The position numbers were made by a program, and so were the translations under genes. The notes under the pieces were generated by a model, which had not been told where the DNA came from, ran no database searches, and saw only the letters and a program-made list of their open reading frames with translations. This document shows, piece after piece, positions 24,971 through 32,000 of a stretch of DNA of 32,000 nucleotides (positions within the stretch are counted from its first letter, which is position 1; every line of letters starts with the position of its first letter). The DNA comes from Candidatus Heimdallarchaeota archaeon B3_Heim. GTDB taxonomy: Archaea; Asgardarchaeota; Heimdallarchaeia; Hodarchaeales; Hodarchaeaceae. The stretch is taken from contig NJBF01000025.1 of NCBI GenBank assembly GCA_003144275.1, positions 1-32,000 on the forward strand, in the 5' to 3' direction.

Positions 24971-27133
24971 TCACCTTTGAGGATTTAACAATATACGAGT
25001 ATCTACTGCTAGTACTCCTTGATTCTGTTCAAAAACTAAAACTGGGTTAATTTCGATATCAGATATATCTTTACATAGCTGAATGATTTTACTTAGCCGG
25101 AGGATGATGTCAATACATCCTCCAATATCTTTAGCTGCCTCTCCTCTTACTCCTAGTAGCAATGGATATGAACGTATTTGTTGGATCATTTCAATAGCAT
25201 CAGATCGTTTAACAGGAACTGCTCTAAATGCAACATCCTTTAAAACTTCTACATAGATCCCACCCAAACCAAACATAACCGTGGGCCCAAATGTATTATC
25301 AATCCTTGCTCCGATAATAGTTTCCATTGCTTCCTCCATATTGATCATTCTGACAATTTCCACTCCCTCAATTTTTGCATCAGGCTTATATTTTCGTGCT
25401 GAGGTGAGAATAGCTTCGTATGCATCTAGAAGTTCTTCTCGATTCTCTAAATTGAGTGCTACACCACCAGCATCCGATTTGTGGATAATATCCTTCGACA
25501 CAATTTTCATGACTACTGGATATCCAACTACTTCTTCTGCATAATGAATTACTTCTTCTAGATCTTTTGCTACATAACTCTTAGGCGTTGGAATTCCAGC
25601 TGCATCCATGACTCTCAAAGCTTCGGGAACAAGGAGAAACCGTCTATTCTCCTCCCTTACTTCATCAATAACTTCTTGTATGGAAGCAATGTTAATTTCT
25701 GGTTCATCAAATCCTGAAGCTTCGTCTTCAGTGTCAATTATATTGTGATAATGTTTATACAAGGCCCCTAAACAGCTTGCCGCTTCATAAACATCAGAAA
25801 AGATGGGAACACCCTTTGATTTTAATGTAAATAATCCTTTCTCAAATTCTCCTCCTCCAAAGAAAGAAAAAACAACCGGTTTATTTGGCTTATCATCTAA
25901 ATATTTCTTCTGTACTACTGCCGCTAATTGGTCAGCAGAAAATATGGCAGTTTCACAACCGAGGACAATCACAGAATGAATATCAGGGCTATCTAGGGCA
26001 GCTTGGAGAGCTTGTTCATAGATCTCACTGGTACCTTGTCCCGTAATGTCCACAGGATTTTTAGTAGAACCAAAAGAAGGTGTGACAGGAGTAAAAATCT
26101 TTTTTAACACATCACGATCATCATAAAGAGTTACACCATACAACTCACACGCGTCAGTGGCAAGGACTCCTATTCCACCTCCATTGGTCACAATGACTGC
26201 ATTCTCCCCAGTAGGAAGGTTTTTTTGGATAGCAAGGAATTTTGCCCAATTTAATGCCTCTTGGACACTTAGAGCACGGAGCGCACCTACTTGTCGTGCA
26301 ATTATATCAGTGAAGACATTATCAGCTCCAGCTAACGATCCAGTATGGGAAGCTGCTGCCATGGCACCACGTTTAGAACGGCCAGATTTGATGATAATAA
26401 CAGGTTTTATTTTCGTTGCAATTTCAAGGACATTAGTCAATCTGTCCCCATGTTTAATTCCCTCTATATATAACAGAATGACTTTGGTATTGTCATCTGT
26501 AATGAAATATTCAATCAAGTCCGATTCGTCAATATCACACTTATTACCGACAGATACAATAGCTGATAGACCGATTCCCTCAGTAGCAGTTTTACCGATC
26601 ATTGCTACGCCAAGAGCTCCTGACTGTGTAACTATTGCTACTGATCCATGTTCAATATGTTTATATCCAAATGTAGCATTCACAGGTGCTTTTGCAGAAA
26701 AAATTCCAAAGATATTTGGACCAAGAATTCGCATTCCATTCTTTCTGGCAAACTTGACTAATTCTTCTTCTTCCTCAATATTCCCAACTTCAGAGAACCC
26801 ACTTGTAATTATTGAGATGAACTTTGTTTTCTTTTTTGCACAACTTTGTAGTGTGTCAAAAACATATTTTGCTGGAACACATATCGTAGCGAGATCAATT
26901 TCATCATCTATTGCTTCTATTGAATCGTAAACTTTGCATCCGAGAATTTCTCCTCCCTTAGGATTCACTGGATAAATATTTCCTTGATACCCTGATGCTA
27001 CAATATTATCGACTACTTTATAGCCAATCTTATTTTGATTCGATGATGCACCAATTATTGCAATTGATTTCGGTTCAAATAAATGCTTTATATGAGGAGC
27101 GTTGATTTTTGGCATACGATACTTGTTCTCCAT
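24971..27133 (-). CDS. acdAB: Acetate-CoA ligase (ADP-forming), fused alpha-beta type
   Basis: PKSIAIIGAS, IYPVNPK, RILGPN, QSGALG, SVGNKCD, IKSGRS, AASHTGSLAG (phospho-His), TNGGGIG, NPVD; beta/ATP-grasp GYPVVMKIVS.DI.HKSDAGGV, FGPTVMFGLGG, EINP. Confidence 0.93.
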   Translation of the reverse strand: MENKYRMPKINAPHIKHLFEPKSIAIIGASSNQNKIGYKVVDNIVASGYQGNIYPVNPKGGEILGCKVYDSIEAIDDEIDLATICVPAKYVFDTLQSCAKKKTKFISIITSGFSEVGNIEEEEELVKFARKNGMRILGPNIFGIFSAKAPVNATFGYKHIEHGSVAIVTQSGALGVAMIGKTATEGIGLSAIVSVGNKCDIDESDLIEYFITDDNTKVILLYIEGIKHGDRLTNVLEIATKIKPVIIIKSGRSKRGAMAAASHTGSLAGADNVFTDIIARQVGALRALSVQEALNWAKFLAIQKNLPTGENAVIVTNGGGIGVLATDACELYGVTLYDDRDVLKKIFTPVTPSFGSTKNPVDITGQGTSEIYEQALQAALDSPDIHSVIVLGCETAIFSADQLAAVVQKKYLDDKPNKPVVFSFFGGGEFEKGLFTLKSKGVPIFSDVYEAASCLGALYKHYHNIIDTEDEASGFDEPEINIASIQEVIDEVREENRRFLLVPEALRVMDAAGIPTPKSYVAKDLEEVIHYAEEVVGYPVVMKIVSKDIIHKSDAGGVALNLENREELLDAYEAILTSARKYKPDAKIEGVEIVRMINMEEAMETIIGARIDNTFGPTVMFGLGGIYVEVLKDVAFRAVPVKRSDAIEMIQQIRSYPLLLGVRGEAAKDIGGCIDIILRLSKIIQLCKDISDIEINPVLVFEQNQGVLAVDTRILLNPQR

Positions 27134-27274
27134 AACCTACAGCAATTGGATCAAGAATTTTTTCATTCTATGTAAATATAAGCAGTTATAATTTGGTTTT
27201 GCTTCTTTTATAATATTAATTATCTTCTAGTAATATCCCTTAGACTAGTGAAAAAAGAAGTTCTACTATAAGTG

Positions 27275-29170
27275 TTAAAAAGTCATCCGTAGCTCGTAAA
27301 TCCCTTCAGTAAGTCGTTTATCTAGGTTAGGAAATAATTTTTCAAATAGAGCGAGCATACCTCTGTTTTCTAATAATACTTCGGCACTAAAGCCTAGTAA
27401 ACCTGCAGATTTAGCGAGATAAGTAAGAAATTTCATTAATTCGGTTCCCACACCTTTCCGATGATAATCATCTTTTACCACAAAAGCAGCTTCAGCTGTA
27501 TGGGAATGTTGATCGATTCCATATTGACCTACACCAACAATCTCCTGTGAAATGCCTTTAGATACGACAGCAAGGACTATCATCTCTATTGAAAAATCGA
27601 TGATACAAAAATCTTGAAGTCTTGAATGTGGTAAATCTTTTCTAACACTCATAAATCGACGATAAAGAGATTGATCAGACAAATCGTAGAAGAAATCCTT
27701 TAATAGTGGCTCATCACTAATTTTAACTGGACGAAGCATGATTTCAAGACCGTCTGTAGTAGTACGCCAAGTTTCCAAGTGTTCAGGATATTCTCCTTTT
27801 TTACCAGGGATAAATGCTTGATCTTGGTAAATTAAATTCTCTTTTTTTGCTTCCTTAATTAGGTGTGATTTGAAACGAGGATGAGCAATAGAAATTAATT
27901 GCATGGCACGTTCACGAATGTTTTTACCATGCAAATAACAAATACCAAATTCGGTGATCACGTAATGAATATCTCCTCGATTAAGGGTTACACCAGCCCC
28001 TTCAGTTAAAAATGGGACTATTCTTGAAGTTTCCCCATTATCCGCAGTGGACTGAATTGTGAGTATGGACTTACCCTTATTAGCAAGAATTGCTCCTCGC
28101 ATGAAATCAGCTTGGCCTCCAATACCTGAATAAAAAATTTTACCAATGGATTCAGAAGAAGCCTGTCCTGTTAAATCTATTTGCAGTCCACTGTTAATTG
28201 CAGTCATATTATCATGTTGGGCAATTGTTAACGGATCATTAGTATACTCGATTCGACGCAGTTCAATGGAGGGATTGTCATGAATAAAATCGTATGTCGA
28301 TTGGGAACCCATGCAAAAGGATGCTACTGATTTTCCACGATTGATAGATTTTTTTGTATTATCTATGACACCTAATTTCATTAACTGAACGAGACCATCG
28401 CTTACGAGTTCAGTATGAACACCTAGATGCTTTTTATCTTTTAAATTCGCCATCACAGCATTCGGTATACTCCCGTAACCAACTTGTATCGTATCTCCAT
28501 CTTGAATTAAACGAGAGACATATTGGCCAATTTTATTTGCCACATCGTCACTTGTAGGTTCCTGCTTGTACTCCAAAATAGACTCATCATAAGGTAGAAT
28601 ATAGTCAATATCCTTTACATGTAAAAATCCATCTCCATGGACACGGGGGACATTTTTATTCATCTGGGCAATGACAATACCAGCATTCTCGATCGCAGCT
28701 TTGACAATATCGACAGAAACACCCAAACTTACATAACCGTGATCATCAGGTGGAGTAACTTGGATCAGAGCGACATCTATTGGTACAAGACCGCTGTAAA
28801 ATATACTGGGTGTTTTTGAAAGAAAAATTGGCGTATAATCAGAAAGGCCACTATTAACAGCCTCCCGAGTAGAATTTGCAACAAAAAATGAGTTGTGTCT
28901 AAAGTTTATTTGATAAGCAGCATCTGTATACGGCGTTACTCCCAAGTTATACCAAGAGAGAACTTCCGTATCAAAGAAAGCTTTTGGATTTTTCTCTAAA
29001 TACTGAGCGAGTGATTTTATCAAGAATTGGGGCTCCCCGCACCCCGTATGAACAAAGATTCTGTCGCCTCTGTGAATATTCTGGAAAATTCTTGTTGGGG
29101 TCACAAATTTTGACGGATATTGCTCGATCAGTGTCGAATAGATAGGTTTTTTTTGGTTTCCGGAAACCAT
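27275..29170 (-). CDS. Acetyl-CoA hydrolase/4-hydroxybutyrate CoA-transferase family protein fused to a C-terminal GNAT acetyltransferase (ORF track start TTG 29176)
   Basis: HTGCGEP, DVALIQVTPPD..GY.SLG, HTELVSDG (catalytic Glu), QIDLTGQ, SGIGGQADF, DIHYVITEFG; GNAT region LRPVKISD...EAAFVVKDDYHRKGVGT...VLLENRGM. Confidence 0.9.
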   Translation of the reverse strand: MVSGNQKKPIYSTLIEQYPSKFVTPTRIFQNIHRGDRIFVHTGCGEPQFLIKSLAQYLEKNPKAFFDTEVLSWYNLGVTPYTDAAYQINFRHNSFFVANSTREAVNSGLSDYTPIFLSKTPSIFYSGLVPIDVALIQVTPPDDHGYVSLGVSVDIVKAAIENAGIVIAQMNKNVPRVHGDGFLHVKDIDYILPYDESILEYKQEPTSDDVANKIGQYVSRLIQDGDTIQVGYGSIPNAVMANLKDKKHLGVHTELVSDGLVQLMKLGVIDNTKKSINRGKSVASFCMGSQSTYDFIHDNPSIELRRIEYTNDPLTIAQHDNMTAINSGLQIDLTGQASSESIGKIFYSGIGGQADFMRGAILANKGKSILTIQSTADNGETSRIVPFLTEGAGVTLNRGDIHYVITEFGICYLHGKNIRERAMQLISIAHPRFKSHLIKEAKKENLIYQDQAFIPGKKGEYPEHLETWRTTTDGLEIMLRPVKISDEPLLKDFFYDLSDQSLYRRFMSVRKDLPHSRLQDFCIIDFSIEMIVLAVVSKGISQEIVGVGQYGIDQHSHTAEAAFVVKDDYHRKGVGTELMKFLTYLAKSAGLLGFSAEVLLENRGMLALFEKLFPNLDKRLTEGIYELRMTF

Positions 29171-29310
29171 ATACAATTATCCACCGATATATTAAATTAT
29201 ATAGTAATTCAAAATCATATATTTATGGATAAACGAGAATAAGAAAATAGATAAAGGTTGTGCTTTACATTTCAACCATTTAAAATACACAAACTGGTAA
29301 ATGATCAGAT

Positions 29311-30408
29311 CTAATGTGGTTGCATCTCTCCACCACAGAACATGCAGTTAGACATATTTGTTTCTTTCATAGTGGAGTAGCATTCTGGACAAACACTACG
29401 AAAACAGGTAAGACATTGATAATGGGGAGCGGAAATTGAAATCTCTCCCTCATGGAGATAACATCGAATTTTATCTGATCCTAATATTAAATAATCATCA
29501 GAAGCTGTATCATAGGTTCCAGACGTATCCAAAAACCCTTGAATTAGTTGTTGTTCCACCAAATTTCTCAGAATCATATTCACAAGCGGAATTTCTAGTT
29601 TATTAACCCGAGCAATTCGAGTCAAAGGTATCTGTTTTTTTCCTTCTATATCATGAATCATTGCAATGGTGTCTAAAACAGCCTTCTTATGTTTATTTAT
29701 CTCCTTTTCTTGTTTTCTGAAGTCAAGAAATGTACGAGTGTTATTTTTAATATCGGAGAATGACCAACGACGTTTATTAAAAGCTTTAATGTCGTTAATG
29801 ATCGTACTTGAAACTGTCTTAACTCCTTTGCTAGAAAGATTTGTTTTTTGGGCTTGGTAGTAGTCTCCTAATGATGAAACAGCACTTTTTCGGTTAACGA
29901 ATGATTTTACATCTTCTTTTTTAAAAATACGCGGAACTGGAATTAAATCGCCTTTACAATAGGGACATGTATCCGTTTGTACACTCTGATAACAAGAACT
30001 ACAAATAAATCGCAAACAGGTCTCACATTGAAAGTGGAGATCAAAAACAGAGTGTTCAGTTTGATCTATCTGACAATGGTAAGTATCCTCTCTTAGGACG
30101 AGAATTTGTTCGCTAGTGACGGGGTCTTTCTCAATGATACCATCAATCAGTCGTTGAGCCGTAAATTCTTGAATAATAAAAACTATATCATTTTCTGATA
30201 GCTTGGTCTCCTTAGCGACTTCTGCAATCGCAATTCGTCCATCATGTAATTTACTGAGTCGTGAAATCGTAGCAAAGGTTCGTTTAATAGGATGAGAGGA
30301 GATTTTGTACTCTTTTTCGTAAGCCTGAAAGTGATTTACCTCAGAGTTTACAATTCGTGACACTGAAGCTTTTATTCGATCGGAAAAGCTTTGATTGGAT
30401 GGATTCAT
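29311..30408 (-). CDS. Tandem (PCI-like wHTH + RING-like Zn finger) x2 protein
   Basis: IAIAEVAKETKLSE...QRLIDG and IPLTRIARVNKLEI...QQLIQG wHTH units, each followed by C-x2-(D/H)-x12-C-x2-C-x4-C-x2-C-x(8/11)-C-x2-C. Confidence 0.7.
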   Translation of the reverse strand: MNPSNQSFSDRIKASVSRIVNSEVNHFQAYEKEYKISSHPIKRTFATISRLSKLHDGRIAIAEVAKETKLSENDIVFIIQEFTAQRLIDGIIEKDPVTSEQILVLREDTYHCQIDQTEHSVFDLHFQCETCLRFICSSCYQSVQTDTCPYCKGDLIPVPRIFKKEDVKSFVNRKSAVSSLGDYYQAQKTNLSSKGVKTVSSTIINDIKAFNKRRWSFSDIKNNTRTFLDFRKQEKEINKHKKAVLDTIAMIHDIEGKKQIPLTRIARVNKLEIPLVNMILRNLVEQQLIQGFLDTSGTYDTASDDYLILGSDKIRCYLHEGEISISAPHYQCLTCFRSVCPECYSTMKETNMSNCMFCGGEMQPH

Positions 30409-30584
30409 AGCTTATCTAAATCAGACATTTAATCAATATTTAAGAATTGTTTTTCTGGAAAAGAACAAGCCAAGAGAGCGATCTCTCGATGCTGTATTTA
30501 CTTTAGAGATATTAATCCAATCATTTCAGAACGACACAACAATAGCTTTACTAAAAAATTAAATCGAAGTTGAATTTCTCTGTA

Positions 30585-30710
30585 ATGTATTGCCCTAGGT
30601 GCTCGAATAGCGCGTCCAAAGTTAAAATGAAGGCGTCTAAAAGATCATTTCATAAAAAAACTAAATTTCTATGTACTAAATGTGGTTTAATCAAAATGAA
30701 ACCTCATTGA
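30585..30710 (+). CDS. 41-aa basic Zn-ribbon microprotein (below the ORF track cutoff)
   Basis: Manual translation: MYCPRCSNSASKVKMKASKRSFHKKTKFLCTKCGLIKMKPH. Two CxxC knuckles; the stop ends 1 nt before the nfo start codon. Confidence 0.65.
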   Translation: MYCPRCSNSASKVKMKASKRSFHKKTKFLCTKCGLIKMKPH

Positions 30711-30711
30711 C

Positions 30712-31665
30712 TTGGTGAAAATCTTGGTCCTATCCCTTGGTGTATCCCTTAGTTTTTCTCGTTTTCTTTCACAGGAGAAAGCTCTCACTAAAATAGAGGA
30801 AATTGAAAAAGTTAAATTAAATGCGGTGGAATTTGGTTTATTAAATTGTGCTATTGGACAAGCAGGATTTTCTGGAATAGTTCCCTTCCCTACAGAAAAA
30901 CAAGCCAAATCTATTCTGAAATTGTTTGGTAAAAATAACTACTATTTTTCTGTACACGCGCCATATCGAATATCTGCTACAACAGAGGAAAAATCGAAAT
31001 TAAAGTACTCAAAATCAAATCTTTCAGCTACTCTGAAGGTGACAGATTGGCTTGGGGGTCATCATGTAACTTTTCATGCAGGTTCATTTAAGAAAAAGCA
31101 CAATAATAAACATGTAGACAAAGTTCTCAGAAGCTGGGAGAAATGGAGGCAAGATAAAGGTTATAATGCCATTTTAGCTCCAGAAGTGGGTGGTAAATAC
31201 AATAGTTTTGCTGATTTTTTCACTTTAGTGGAAATAACTGGGGGAATTGATAATTGTCTGATGACTTGGGATATAAGTCATGATTTTGCACGTGGAGGCA
31301 AAATAATCGATGAAAAAGGTATATTGACCAGATTGGAAAAGTTAGATGAGGCCTTTGATCTCAATCCTTCGAATCGTTTACCTATGCATTTTTCAGGGAT
31401 GGTTGTTGGTAAAACTGGGGAAAAACATCATACACTACTTGGAAAGGGAAATGGCGTACCATGGGAATTAGTTCTTTCTGTTTTGAAAGAGCAAAACTTT
31501 CTGTCGAAAGTTAATCTGATTTGTGAGAGCAAGGTACCAAAAGGAGAGAAAATGAGTGGTAATGCTATTTCTGATACGCTTAAGGCAAGACGATTTTTAG
31601 AATCGGATCAGATAGTGAAAAAATACAAGGGAAAACCAGGAAATTTGAATTATTATTTCACTTGA
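30712..31665 (+). CDS. nfo: Endonuclease IV (AP endonuclease 2 family, TIM barrel)
   Basis: Metal ligands SVHAPY, FHAG, APEVGGK, WDISH, HFSG...GEKHH fit the archaeal EndoIV pattern. Confidence 0.82.
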   Translation: MVKILVLSLGVSLSFSRFLSQEKALTKIEEIEKVKLNAVEFGLLNCAIGQAGFSGIVPFPTEKQAKSILKLFGKNNYYFSVHAPYRISATTEEKSKLKYSKSNLSATLKVTDWLGGHHVTFHAGSFKKKHNNKHVDKVLRSWEKWRQDKGYNAILAPEVGGKYNSFADFFTLVEITGGIDNCLMTWDISHDFARGGKIIDEKGILTRLEKLDEAFDLNPSNRLPMHFSGMVVGKTGEKHHTLLGKGNGVPWELVLSVLKEQNFLSKVNLICESKVPKGEKMSGNAISDTLKARRFLESDQIVKKYKGKPGNLNYYFT

Positions 31666-31959
31666 TTCCACCAGAAAGGCGATGGAAATATCGTATTCAG
31701 TCTCAATTTTTTGGTTGTAAGAAATAGTAGAGGAAAGAAAACCCTAGAAACGATTACCAGCAAAGCAGTGAAAATTAATCATGTTGTTTCTTTTCTGGTG
31801 ATGTTAAATTTTTTCACAATAGGTACCGATCTAAATAATCTTATTAGAAGAAATATGAATTATTTGCGAAAAACTACGAAATCTTTGAATTTATTTGGTA
31901 TTTTTAATTTTACCCACGCTGATAAGTATATAATGCAATGAATACGGAATGTAGTGAGA

Positions 31960-32000
31960 ATGGCTATAATAAAAATTCCAAAAGAAAGATTTGAGAAACG
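31960..32000 (+). CDS. Possible start of a gene running off the right edge
   Basis: ATG GCT ATA ATA AAA ATT CCA AAA GAA AGA TTT GAG AAA (MAIIKIPKERFEK), open to the window end; too short to assign. Confidence 0.35.
   Translation, partial: MAIIKIPKERFEK

Noticed and set aside
24508-28819. + strand ORFs within the acetate cluster, including the 257-aa ORF at 26157-26930
   Set aside because: Antisense to highly conserved enzymes; long antisense frames are common opposite such genes.
19295-29170. Functional link between the acetate cluster and the Rag block (acetyl-CoA as the sensed nutrient)
   Set aside because: Only adjacency supports it; there is a 165-bp AT-rich gap and no shared motif.
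29666-30908. ORFs 29666-29860 (+) and 30687-30908 (-)
   Set aside because: Antisense to the PCI-RING gene and to nfo respectively.
31711-31941. 76-aa + strand ORF after nfo
   Set aside because: TTG start, no clear SD, low-complexity AT-rich composition and no motif; it cannot be supported.
1-32000. tRNA, rRNA, IS elements or integrases
   Set aside because: No cloverleaf, GC-rich structured segment, transposase motif or terminal inverted repeat was seen on reading; tRNAscan-SE or Infernal would be needed to exclude them formally.

Overview
AT-rich archaeal genomic window with GGTGA/GAGG-type Shine-Dalgarno motifs. The gene content (Rag-like GTPases, roadblock, longin/uDENN-like, PCI-like and RING-like domains, Asgard-style giant surface proteins) points to an Asgard archaeon, plausibly Heimdallarchaeia/Hodarchaeales (inference). 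Left to right: a PadR/HAAS-RDD/membrane hydrolase cluster; a membrane-anchored surface protein; a membrane-tethered wHTH regulator; two head-to-head giant surface proteins (1755 aa and 3075 aa); a small-GTPase signalling block; an acetate/acyl-CoA cluster (CoA-transferase-GNAT, ADP-forming acetate-CoA ligase, Pta-N/DRTGG protein); a tandem PCI-like/RING-like protein; an unannotated 41-aa Zn-ribbon microprotein; and endonuclease IV. The main candidate system spans 10039-23752. The 3075-aa protein is a single-pass receptor-like molecule with a DUF2341/LamG lectin plus cadherin-like Ig ectodomain and a cytoplasmic longin/uDENN-like domain. That domain carries FFDQLHGP and EARGG motifs matching the folliculin/SMCR8 signature, including the position of the GAP arginine finger. 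It lies tail-to-tail with a divergent pair of Rag-like GTPases, which a second longin-like protein flanks on the other side. All family assignments are by-eye motif recognition, and comparator sequences are recalled from memory; no searches were run. No rRNA, tRNA, CRISPR array or mobile element was recognised.
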